IMG/VR virus record: IMGVR_UViG_3300037247_001169
Coordinates: 1 to 64,000 of that record
DNA from: a virus
DNA: 64,000 nucleotides
Reading direction: 5' to 3' (one strand)
In this document: one piece after another, positions 38,222 through 46,720 of the stretch
Layout: each line of letters starts with the position of its first letter
How positions within the stretch are numbered: the first letter of the stretch is position 1
Notes under the pieces: model-generated
Databases searched by the model: none
What the model saw: only the letters and a program-made list of their open reading frames with translations
What the model was told of the DNA's origin: nothing
Translations under genes and position numbers: made by a program

Positions 38222-38278
38222 TGTATCCTATGGATACACATTCAAGCAAAGTGTATCCTATGGATACACTTTCGTCAA
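38222..38278 (-). promoter_or_regulatory. Promoter TTGACG-N17-TACACT with two palindromic operators TGTATCC-tat-GGATACA
   Basis: Palindromes at 38222-38238 and 38248-38272, 30 bp apart. Confidence 0.75.
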
Positions 38279-38310
38279 GCCGAGTGTTTCATGTGCGTGG
38301 AATCACGCAG

Positions 38311-38574
38311 TTACGTGGTCGGATGTGGGACAGGCAGGCCCAGAGTAGAATACTCCCTGGGGGTGAGCACAACGGGGTTCCCGTCGAAGAAAAGCATGGG
38401 CTCTCCGTCCACGACCCCATAGGTCATAAAAAAGCCAGGCCAGCACACCGGCCACCGAGGATTTACCACGGGCTCCAGCGCCCGCAAGCAAGACGGGGCG
38501 TAGACGGCGGCTATCGTGCCGAAAACAGCAGCTACGGCGACGGAAAGGCGGTTGAGGAAGGTTCGGCGGGTCAT
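38311..38574 (-). CDS. Small protein with Tat-like signal
   Basis: MTRRTFL followed by a hydrophobic helix. Confidence 0.55.
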   Translation of the reverse strand: MTRRTFLNRLSVAVAAVFGTIAAVYAPSCLRALEPVVNPRWPVCWPGFFMTYGVVDGEPMLFFDGNPVVLTPREYSTLGLPVPHPTT

Positions 38575-38756
38575 TTGCTCAGCACCGACGTTACGCCCAA
38601 GATGAAAAGTAGGGGCCCGCCTACCAGGCACGCGATCGTCATCTCCACGTCCTTCGAGAAAAATCCTTCAACCGGCGCCCAGATAACAAGAAGCTGAGAG
38701 GTGATCACGAAAGCGGCGATCAACAAAGCGTAAAGGAAGGTTCGGCGGGTCATCAT
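38571..38756 (-). CDS. Small membrane protein with Tat-like N-terminus
   Basis: MMTRRTFL plus two hydrophobic segments. Confidence 0.55.
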   Translation of the reverse strand: MMTRRTFLYALLIAAFVITSQLLVIWAPVEGFFSKDVEMTIACLVGGPLLFILGVTSVLSK

Positions 38757-38960
38757 CGCTGGGCCCCCCGCCACCAGTAAATCAGGCCAATCCTACCCAA
38801 CAACAGCACCATGGCCCCGCTTTCGACTTTCGCCACCCAACTCCATCGGCACAAACGAAACAGGTCAAACCACCGGCAGGCTATCCTGTAACGGTTGACC
38901 CGCCAATACAGATACGGTCGACGAGCAATCACACCACGTACTCCAAACGGGGGCCGGGGA

Positions 38961-39311
38961 CTACGGGCACGTCGAACACTTCGGCCCGCAGGTGACCATC
39001 CCACTTCCAATCCACTTTCCGGTCAAACGATCGAAGCTATAGTCCCGACCGCCGATGTGGATGTACGTTCCGAACCGAGTAACTCGAATGTGGATATGGA
39101 AGCCCGTCACCAAATCGTCCACTTCGTAATCGCGGACAAACCCCGGCAACCCCAAACGGTGTACGAGGCCGCACAGGGCCCTCCGTGAGCGACTTCGCCA
39201 AATCTGCCAACGAGTCGCGCCTGCATCCGCCGGACCACAACCCGGGAAGGGGAAAATGCCGCCCATCACATCGCCACCCACGAGAGGGGGACGGGGCTGG
39301 AAAACACGCAA
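38961..39311 (-). CDS. Hypothetical protein
   Basis: Coupled small ORF. Confidence 0.45.
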   Translation of the reverse strand: MRVFQPRPPLVGGDVMGGIFPFPGCGPADAGATRWQIWRSRSRRALCGLVHRLGLPGFVRDYEVDDLVTGFHIHIRVTRFGTYIHIGGRDYSFDRLTGKWIGSGMVTCGPKCSTCP

Positions 39312-39471
39312 CGAGCGTCCTCGCGAATGCGAAGAACCCGCCCCCGCATATCAGGATTCCGACCCACGAGCACAGACACCATGTATGACGACTCCGATCC
39401 AGTGCGTGGCACAAACGTGGGATCAGTGTCCCACATTCGCCGCAACTCGGCCTTACGCTCGGGGGTTAGCA

Positions 39472-39711
39472 TCAGTAAATCTTCGTCAAGTCAGCGGCCT
39501 TGACGGATTCGGTCTCAACGAAAATCGTCTGCTCGGCCCGATCCGCCGTGTCGTGCATTCCAGACACCTCAATGATCTTAGGTGCCGTTGCGGGCTCCAG
39601 CTTCGCCTGTTTCAACTCCCCGTAAGCGGCGCGAAGCACGTCTTCGGAGCCATGAACCTTCCAGCCGGTGCCGTTGTCAATCAGAATTTCCAGGCGCCAA
39701 ATGCCGTCCAT
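39472..39711 (-). CDS. Hypothetical protein
   Basis: TAATG and TGATG coupling. Confidence 0.55.
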   Translation of the reverse strand: MDGIWRLEILIDNGTGWKVHGSEDVLRAAYGELKQAKLEPATAPKIIEVSGMHDTADRAEQTIFVETESVKAADLTKIY

Positions 39712-40436
39712 TAGAACAAACCTCCCAACGCCCAGAGCGTGCTGGCGAGGGCCAGGTAGGCGGCGATCCAGTTGACGGGGCCGAAGGCGGCGCGGCGGTG
39801 TTTGGGCTCCGCAGGCCTATGCCGCACCAACGACCGCCATGCCCGTCCACGCATCAAGCGAGCGAGTGCCTGGTCTCCATAACGCTTCGCCAGCGCCTGG
39901 TCGATCTCGGCGGGGGCAACCTGAAAATCTGTCTGCTTGTCATGATGTCGAACTGTAATCCAATCCCCGCGAGGATCCGTAAAGGCACCCCAGCCAGACG
40001 GCAAACAAGGAGCTAGTCGCTTTATCGCAGCCTGAGCTGGTTCGTCGTTCAAGAGGTTGGCCTTGGGTTGCTCCTGCGTGGGGGCACCCATCATGCCGAG
40101 TGCCTGACCCCGAAGGGCTTCCGCCATGCCCAACTGGTGAGCGGCGGAATCCTGCGGAATCCCCAGCCGGGCCAGAGATTGCTGAGCCCCCATCGGGCCA
40201 AGCCTCATGTTCTGAGCCTGAACCTCCGGCGGGAGGTGGGAACCGGCACGGAGAGCCTGCATCTGCTGGACGATCCTGCCCTCTTTGGCTTCGCATGCGA
40301 CGACTTGACGCTGGTGCAACTCCTCCGGGGTCACACCATGCATGTTGCAGGCGCCACCCAGCAACCCAGCATCCAACGGTCCGAATGGGCCGGGAAAGCC
40401 GTGTTGGGGGTTGTTGAAGTCCTCAAAGCCCGTCAA
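39711..40436 (-). CDS. Hypothetical protein with C-terminal membrane anchor
   Basis: 241 aa; WIAAYLALASTLWALGGLF. Confidence 0.5.
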   Translation of the reverse strand: MTGFEDFNNPQHGFPGPFGPLDAGLLGGACNMHGVTPEELHQRQVVACEAKEGRIVQQMQALRAGSHLPPEVQAQNMRLGPMGAQQSLARLGIPQDSAAHQLGMAEALRGQALGMMGAPTQEQPKANLLNDEPAQAAIKRLAPCLPSGWGAFTDPRGDWITVRHHDKQTDFQVAPAEIDQALAKRYGDQALARLMRGRAWRSLVRHRPAEPKHRRAAFGPVNWIAAYLALASTLWALGGLF

Positions 40437-40572
40437 CGGAGGCTCGCAATCGCCATCAGCTACTCCCAGACCGGCCCATTTACAGTCCTCTGACCTTGAG
40501 ACACCAGTCGACCAAGTCGAGAATCGGTTGGGCGCTGCCTACCGGAACCTCGCCCGTGCCATGGCAAAGCTT

Positions 40573-41070
40573 TCATGTCGACCATTGCTCGCATTTCGGA
40601 ACATCCGCAGATTCTCCTGGACCTATCGCCGCACGCAGATCCTTGCGGTGCCTCATCTGCCACTTAATCCACTCGTCGTGCTCAACTTCGCCCTTGCCGC
40701 CACATCTCGAGCACTTAAACAGCATGGAAGAATCCGAAGCCTTGCCCTTCACCATATCGGCCTCCTCAAAAAGAGATTCCACAGCGTCGCGGATCAAGCT
40801 GACATCTAGACACATTCGATCATCGTAACAGGCTACCTCCGCATTCCAGCGCTGAGGGTTCCTTTTGAGGCGGATAATGACCGGAAGACGCTCGTCTTCG
40901 CTGTCGCCGATTACCTGGAAATGCTCCAGGACGCCGAGGCCGGCAAGAACGCCATAAACGCATTCCTTGCCGGTTGTCAACCATAGACCCCTCGGGGCGT
41001 CGTGATCCCGGGGAGAGGCAATCCAGTCAAACTCGCTGTCAGCCTTGCGCTTGCGGGGCGTGGCCATCAC
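40573..41070 (-). CDS. Hypothetical protein with DnaJ-like CxxCGGxG motif
   Basis: CSRCGGKG. Confidence 0.55.
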   Translation of the reverse strand: MMATPRKRKADSEFDWIASPRDHDAPRGLWLTTGKECVYGVLAGLGVLEHFQVIGDSEDERLPVIIRLKRNPQRWNAEVACYDDRMCLDVSLIRDAVESLFEEADMVKGKASDSSMLFKCSRCGGKGEVEHDEWIKWQMRHRKDLRAAIGPGESADVPKCEQWST

Positions 41071-41390
41071 CGAAAGCTTACACCAATTCGTGAAACAGGC
41101 AAGGAGTCCCTAGAAGTCGTAGATTGGGAATTGGTGGGCGGGGGGTAAGTACAGGGGGGTAGCGCCTCGCGCGATGGGGGGTGTACTTTGGTTTTCGCTG
41201 GCGGGCTTGGAGTCCCATCGACTTTTGGCGCTTGTTATCAGCCCGACCGTCGATATTGGCCTGGAATCGATGATCCTGCGCCAATACTACGTCCCATAAG
41301 GCATAATACGTCACATTCGATTATCTGGACGTGACCGGGTGGCGATTGTGCCCACGGCGAAGTGGTTGGGTCGCATTGAACATAGCTCTC

Positions 41391-41590
41391 CATGCCCCTG
41401 CCTCCGATGCGCCCTTCATGCGCCCTTCATAGCAGACTGTCCTGCGTCCAAGCGCGCCCATGCTCGCCATTGCCACACTGTAGACTGATGGGGAACGGGG
41501 TGGAAACGTCCAGCTTTGTCCAGCTTCACCCACATCCAGGCTGTATCCAGGGTACTTTTGGTCATCCGTTGTCCAGCTTTGTCCAACTGC
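41391..41590. repeat. Short tandem repeats in the putative genome-end region
   Basis: ATGCGCCCTTC x2 (41407-41428); GTCCAGCTTT-type 10-mers at 41508-41526 and 41571-41588. Confidence 0.6.
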
Positions 41591-42029
41591 GCCCACCTGG
41601 ATGATTCGACTTGTGCTTCGTTACGTGCGCACCCGTTCCCAGGGCCAGTGTCCATTATCGACACACACTGGCATGTCGCGGGGCGACCGGCTTTCGCCGG
41701 GCTGGAGTTGTTACGGTAAGCGCACTCCAGGTGCCATGTTCCGATAACGCTCCTAAATTACGCCGGAGCGTCTAGGCTGGGCGTGCTCGGTTGCGTGGGA
41801 TCGGTGCGGGCTTCCAGGCTCAACAGCTATGGGCCTTGCGGCGCTCCGCTGCCTGTTGCCTGGTTACTCATAGACCGTCCTGCATCCGCCATTGTGGCCC
41901 GTTCGAGCTGGGCCGATTAACTACCAGGTGGCGGGCTTCGTCCCGGCCACAACAGGGCTATCCGGGCCTTCGCCTGCCCTGCATTCGTCCTACCCACAAC
42001 CCGCCTGGTAGGCCTACGCCTGCGCAATG

Positions 42030-42067
42030 AAAAGCCCCGCGAAGCATGGTCAGTGGTCTGCGGGGCT
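42030..42067 (-). terminator. Terminator/attenuator hairpin
   Basis: AGCCCCGC..GCGGGGCT followed by TTT. Confidence 0.65.
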
Positions 42068-42125
42068 GAAGTAGTGGCAATGCCACCACGTTCAAGGCTA
42101 GATTGTAGCCACTGACCATGCCTCA

Positions 42126-42154
42126 AGCCTACACCACGATGTGACGTTTGTCAA
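42126..42154 (-). promoter_or_regulatory. Promoter TTGACA-N17-TAGGCT
   Basis: Read directly; ATG 6 nt downstream. Confidence 0.7.
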
Positions 42155-42241
42155 ATCAGTGTTATCCTGGCGCCCCGATCATGGGTTTCGTGTGCTTTAA
42201 CACCGATTAACGGTCAATTCCACATTTTTATGGGAATCCAC

Positions 42242-42288
42242 TTGACCTGAGTAACAAGTGTTGTATACTTCATTTGTGAGTAACGAGT
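42242..42288 (+). promoter_or_regulatory. Early promoter TTGACC-N16-TATACT with direct repeats TGAGTAAC(A/G)AGT
   Basis: Repeats at 42248-42259 and 42277-42288; AGGAG RBS follows. Confidence 0.7.
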
Positions 42289-42300
42289 CTTTTAGGAGTT

Positions 42301-42489
42301 GTGACGATGACAGCAAAGCTAATCGACGTCGTGTATTCTCCGGAACACTGGAATCAGAACTGTGGTTCCATGATCCCCGAGGCGTGGGAGGCGCTCGTTG
42401 ACACTGGCGACGGTGTGTGTCGCGTGTTTGGGCATACCCGCGATGAAGCACTGACGAGCGCCGGAACGGAATTCCCTGAGATCCAATGA
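42301..42489 (+). CDS. Early hypothetical protein
   Basis: AGGAG RBS after the promoter. Confidence 0.6.
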   Translation: MTMTAKLIDVVYSPEHWNQNCGSMIPEAWEALVDTGDGVCRVFGHTRDEALTSAGTEFPEIQ

Positions 42490-42561
42490 ACAAACGTAGT
42501 GGCCCGCGACGGCGTGACGTCCGGGCCGTGGCCAGTACCAAACTGTGAGGAGATACTGACA

Positions 42562-42855
42562 ATGGCAAGTCTACTTCAAACAGCCGACGGTCGCATGGTC
42601 AAAGTCGGCGACAAGGTCTATTTCTACTGGGGTGGCGTGGACGCTCGCACCCAGAAAGCACGGGTTACACATGGGGTGGTCGAGGCCGTCACCCAACGGT
42701 CGCTCATGCTGATTATCCGACGCCACACCGGCAAGTGCAGTTCTCGGCACGCTTGGCACGTCTTTACGACGCGCGAAGTATTGGAAGCTGACCGCAAAAA
42801 TACTCCGTTCGAGCGCGTCAAGCGGTCCCGTGTCACCGGAAAGTCGGTGTCGTGA
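42562..42855 (+). CDS. Early hypothetical protein (SH3-like)
   Basis: GAGGAG RBS; VKVGDKVY. Confidence 0.6.
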   Translation: MASLLQTADGRMVKVGDKVYFYWGGVDARTQKARVTHGVVEAVTQRSLMLIIRRHTGKCSSRHAWHVFTTREVLEADRKNTPFERVKRSRVTGKSVS

Positions 42856-43190
42856 TGACGCTCAAGCGACGAACCAGATGGAAGCGTGTCATCCGTTTAC
42901 CATTGCTCACATGGAAACTCTACCAAATCGAACACCTCAGCCTGTGGATGGCGTTCCGGTTTGCATGGCTGACGTTGAAATAGAATCACTGCCCGCGCGC
43001 CGCACGAACGGCCGCGGGTGGAATATCGTTCGCGGGTGCTCCTGTCGCGAGCTTCGAGCGTGACGATGTGGTACGAATGCTGAAGCTCGCAGTCGAACGA
43101 GAAGGCACGGCGCGCCAACGATACCAAGACCTCGTGAGTAAGTTTTAGGGGCCAATCAGCCGCCCCGGCGGCGATTTACGGAGGAGTATT

Positions 43191-43445
43191 GTGAGACGCA
43201 ACCAACGCTACTACATGGCCAACGGATTCCACCACACCGAGACCTACGTGGTCGCCAAGCGCGGCCGCGTGTCGACTGCGGCCATGATTGCAGCGGAGAA
43301 GCGGCTGTGCAAACAGGACGATTGCAAGTGCGGCATGAGTGAGGCCAGTAATCCAACCGACGGCCAGCGTCACGGGATACAGGGCGAGCCAGAGCTGTGT
43401 CTGGTGAATGATGGCGGCGGGTACTGGCGATTGGAACGACGTTAG
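43191..43445 (+). CDS. Early hypothetical protein
   Basis: GGAGGAG RBS within the repeated motif. Confidence 0.65.
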   Translation: MRRNQRYYMANGFHHTETYVVAKRGRVSTAAMIAAEKRLCKQDDCKCGMSEASNPTDGQRHGIQGEPELCLVNDGGGYWRLERR

Positions 43446-43481
43446 GACCAGCCGCACGGCGGCGATTTACGGAGGAACGAT

Positions 43482-43853
43482 GTGATGACGACAGAAGCAG
43501 AGAAACCGATTGAAGTCCTGCGGCAAAAACGCAACCTGGAATCCGGCGAAACGGTGCTACTACGCACGGGAATCGAAGAAGTGAAGCCGCTCGTGAAGAT
43601 TACGATGGTTATCCTAAAGCGGCTGTACGAAGAGAAGCCGATCGTCCTCTACGAGCTTGCCCAGCTCTGCCGTGACCGTGACCACGAACCATGGGGCAAG
43701 TGCGGCGATGATCTCGTCGAGAGAAAACTGATTCAGAAAACAGAAAACGGCTATCATGTCCACGACTCCATTCGCAACATCGTCTTGGCTGCGATCGACG
43801 GCGAAGGTGTGGATATGGTACTCCGCTCACCGTTGGCGCCGAAAGACCCCTAA
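43482..43853 (+). CDS. Early hypothetical protein
   Basis: GGAGG RBS within the repeated motif. Confidence 0.7.
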   Translation: MMTTEAEKPIEVLRQKRNLESGETVLLRTGIEEVKPLVKITMVILKRLYEEKPIVLYELAQLCRDRDHEPWGKCGDDLVERKLIQKTENGYHVHDSIRNIVLAAIDGEGVDMVLRSPLAPKDP

Positions 43854-43882
43854 CCAGCCGCCCCGCGGCAAGGAGACGAATC

Positions 43883-44020
43883 ATGGATTGGAACTTCGGA
43901 AGATGGGTATCGAGCATGACCTGGCCGGGCATTGTCGCCTGGCTGTCGATGGTCATGCATACGTACCAGCAGCACGGCCCGCCGTGGGACGTGTTCAACT
44001 TCATCGGGGGAGGACCATGA
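43883..44020 (+). CDS. 45-aa early protein
   Basis: AAGGAG RBS; ATGA coupling. Confidence 0.45.
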   Translation: MDWNFGRWVSSMTWPGIVAWLSMVMHTYQQHGPPWDVFNFIGGGP

Positions 44021-44295
44021 ACGAAGCAACAATCAAAGTGACGTCACTCTGCGGCTGTGCGTGGGAAGCACGGGTCGACCCCGATACCCTGCTCGACACT
44101 ACCGTCCGGGTTGACCTTGTGTGCCCCACGCACGGCAAGCTCGGGGTGAGACTCGAGCTGACGAGCCCAGCCAACGTTGACCTGCTGACTGCGTGCAAGG
44201 TCGCGCGAGAATGTCTGTTGAATGGCAGTCCGCCCGGGGTGCCGCTATTGGCCACCGAAGCCGCCATCGCCAAGGCCGAAGGAGGAACGCCATGA
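44017..44295 (+). CDS. Early zinc-binding protein
   Basis: CGC..CPTH; DLLTACK..AAIAKAEG tail. Confidence 0.6.
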   Translation: MNEATIKVTSLCGCAWEARVDPDTLLDTTVRVDLVCPTHGKLGVRLELTSPANVDLLTACKVARECLLNGSPPGVPLLATEAAIAKAEGGTP

Positions 44296-44501
44296 GCAAG
44301 CAAACTTTCCCGCACACGAACTACGATTGCGGCTGTCAATTTGTCCCGCGTGACGACGGTTGGGCGATTTGGACTATGTGCCCGCTGCACGAGGCCGCCC
44401 CCGACCTGCTGGCAGCGTGCAAGGCGTTCATGTCCGGCCCACCAGCGGGCGTAGTCGGAAAGATGCGGGCCGCCATCGCCAAGGCCGAGCCCGACGCATG
44501 A
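44292..44501 (+). CDS. Early zinc-binding protein
   Basis: CGC..CPLH; AAPDLLAACK..AAIAKAE tail. Confidence 0.65.
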   Translation: MSKQTFPHTNYDCGCQFVPRDDGWAIWTMCPLHEAAPDLLAACKAFMSGPPAGVVGKMRAAIAKAEPDA

Positions 44502-44752
44502 CCGGCAACCCCCACAAGAAAATGGGTCCGGCCCCGATCGAAGGGGAATACCTCACCAAACAGCAGATGATTCGGTTAGACCCGACGCTCGAGGAGGCGA
44601 TTGTCAATCGCGCAGGACAACGGTCGTTCGCCGCATGGATCAGGTGGGCGGCAAGACGGGCGCTGGGTCTACCCGAACGCCAGCCGGAGCCCCGCGCCGA
44701 CAGCAGCGAGGATGGCGGCCGCAAAGACCCCTCGGAGCCAACGGCGGTTTGA
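44498..44752 (+). CDS. Ribbon-helix-helix-like regulator
   Basis: QMIRLD..RSFAAWIRWA pattern. Confidence 0.6.
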   Translation: MTGNPHKKMGPAPIEGEYLTKQQMIRLDPTLEEAIVNRAGQRSFAAWIRWAARRALGLPERQPEPRADSSEDGGRKDPSEPTAV

Positions 44753-44992
44753 CGTCTGGTCCACTTCGTGCTCGTCGCGCGACTCCTCGAGGCTGGCTGT
44801 CCGCGCCATCAGGCCGAGTTTGTCATTGTACCCGCGAATCGCCTTGTCGATCCGGTGGACCGTGGCCTTAATCTCCTCCGTGTCCTTTGTCAACGTCCCG
44901 ATACCAGCTTCCAACATCGAGATCCGGCGGATGTGGTCCATGACCTGGTCACTGCTCGCGCCACAGCTCGGCGTTGATGGTGCTTTCGCCAT
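44669..44992 (-). CDS. Coiled-coil protein with C-terminal TM helix (holin/XhlA-like)
   Basis: Coiled coil then WLRGVFAAAILAAVGAGL; own leaderless promoter. Confidence 0.55.
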   Translation of the reverse strand: MAKAPSTPSCGASSDQVMDHIRRISMLEAGIGTLTKDTEEIKATVHRIDKAIRGYNDKLGLMARTASLEESRDEHEVDQTSNRRWLRGVFAAAILAAVGAGLRLAFG

Positions 44993-44998
44993 GCCTCA

Positions 44999-45027
44999 AG
45001 CCTACCTCATGTACGGATTCGGGTCAA
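44999..45027 (-). promoter_or_regulatory. Promoter TTGACC-N17-TAGGCT (leaderless)
   Basis: ATG 6 nt after the -10; 17 bp identical to 42116-42132. Confidence 0.7.
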
Positions 45028-45042
45028 GTTGGGCTGGAACCG

Positions 45043-45665
45043 AAACCCGCTCGTACCTTTTGGTTGCCTCGCTGAGAGTGGCACACTCGAGCCTTTTGGT
45101 TGGCTTCCGGTTTTTGACTCGCTTCCGCCAGATGGTTGACTCCGGCATTCTGGCTCGCTCGGGATCAGTGGGTGCCTGATGAAGCGTGGCTCGCTCCGCG
45201 GCTCTGGTTGCCTAAGTCCTCTGTGGCACGCTTGACTCGTGTGGGTCCCTTCTGAATCATGGCTCGCTTACGCAGCTTGGGTGTCTACTGGCGAATGGCT
45301 CGCTCGGCTCGCCCTGGTTGCCTTGTACAGCGTGGCTCGCTCCGAGATTGTGGGCGCCTTCGTCTATCTGGCTCGCTTGTATTCGATGGTCGCCTTGCTT
45401 ATTCTGGCTCGCTCCGATCTTCTGGTTGCCTCTCAACGTTTGGCTCGCTCTCACCGAATGGGTGGCTGTTTCGGCCTGGCTCGCTTACGCTCTGTGGTTG
45501 CCTGAGTCATCATGGCTCGCTCCCGCGTCCTGGTGGTCTCGGAAAAACTGGCTCGCTCCCGCGCGTTGGTTGTCTCAATCCGCTTGGCTCGCTTACTGTA
45601 CCTGGTTGTCTGTGCTGCACTGGCTCGCTCGTCACAAATGGTCGCCTTTCGCGCCATGGCTACGC
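45043..45665 (-). ncRNA. TIGR guide-RNA array, downstream (17 units)
   Basis: 36-nt period; plus strand TGGCTCGCT-N9-TGGTTGCCT-N9; 13 exact edge repeats. Confidence 0.92.
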
Positions 45666-46703
45666 AACGTGAACCTTGCCCAGCTTAGCCTCCGAGTACG
45701 GCGGGGCAACCTCCAGACCCTCAATCTCCCGCCATGCCTTGTACAGATCGATCAGGAACATCTTGATCATGTACCGGATGGCCATGTTGTGGCGCCTCAG
45801 CTTGGACGTCACAATGTGGCCGTCCTCATCCTTTTTCTTGTCGTTGTGGATGCCGTACTTCGTGTGAGACTCCATCCGGTGCTTGTAGTCGTAGTAGACC
45901 TTCGCGTAGGGCGAATCGCCAGCACGAAGGAACGACGCCCCGAGCACTCCCACGAGCTTCGTTTTCAAGAACGGGTTGAACGTGATGCCCATGCGGGTCG
46001 CGGGCTTCCCGTCCTTGTCCTTGTATTCGACCTCGCGCAAGTGCTCCTTTTTCTTCGATCGGCCGCTGCTCGCCGCCTGGTAGCGAGCTACCGACAGATC
46101 GTCAACGATCAGCAGAAACCCGTTGCCATGCTCAGACATCTTGGCGTTGGGCGGTGGGCCGATGAAGGCCCTTGGGACCGTCACGTCTTCCGTGAACGTC
46201 TCCACAAGAGTCCAGTAGGTTACGCAATCAAGCCCAGCGTAGGCCCACATGCTCGACGGATACCGCGCCTTGTGGATGTCGAACTCGCTGACGATGACAC
46301 CGGCCATTGCCGGGCCGACTCCCTTGACCTTCAACAGGAACTCATTCCAGATTGCGAATTCCGTCAGAATCCTGCCTAACCTGGAGAAATGGTCCGTCTC
46401 GGCTTTCTCCAGGCCGACGTATTGGGCCAGCAGACACAACTCCGTGTACGTGCTGATCACCTCGTCGCCCTTGAACGTCGCTTGCCTCGGGAACGTCGTC
46501 ACGCCGTCCGTCAGCTTCTTGTACCGCATACGAAGATCGGCGAGTACCGCTTTGGCGTCCTCTTCGATCTCCTCTTCTTTCTCGCCCGGCTTCTGGCCGA
46601 GCTTCGCCTTGAAGTTTCCTACGATCCGATTGCCCATCTGGATTCTGAGCTTTTGGATGTCGTAGGCTCCGCGGACTACGGTCCGCAATTGTTCACGTTG
46701 CAT
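45660..46703 (-). CDS. tasA: Tas protein (TasA-type; Nop/IS110-like RNA-binding domain, no nuclease)
   Basis: LR..IQKLRIQMGNRI coiled coil, KGVGP HhH, SSMWAYAGL, FNPFLKTKL, RRHNMAIR; no N-terminal RuvC; CAGGAG RBS; flanked by arrays. Confidence 0.85.
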   Translation of the reverse strand: MQREQLRTVVRGAYDIQKLRIQMGNRIVGNFKAKLGQKPGEKEEEIEEDAKAVLADLRMRYKKLTDGVTTFPRQATFKGDEVISTYTELCLLAQYVGLEKAETDHFSRLGRILTEFAIWNEFLLKVKGVGPAMAGVIVSEFDIHKARYPSSMWAYAGLDCVTYWTLVETFTEDVTVPRAFIGPPPNAKMSEHGNGFLLIVDDLSVARYQAASSGRSKKKEHLREVEYKDKDGKPATRMGITFNPFLKTKLVGVLGASFLRAGDSPYAKVYYDYKHRMESHTKYGIHNDKKKDEDGHIVTSKLRRHNMAIRYMIKMFLIDLYKAWREIEGLEVAPPYSEAKLGKVHVA

Positions 46704-46720
46704 TCCGTTGCTCCTGAAAA

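Larger units (their letters stand above)
1..41100 (-). mobile_element. Phage genome A (right part): replication/recombination and complete morphogenesis modules
   Basis: Co-oriented terminase-portal-scaffold-capsid-adaptor-nozzle-ejection-tail fibre order, plus RecT/exonuclease/RuvC; boundaries approximate. Confidence 0.85.

Noticed and set aside
45660-46703. Active IS110 transposase / insertion sequence
   Set aside because: The N-terminal DEDD RuvC domain is absent, and the flanks are guide arrays rather than IS ends.
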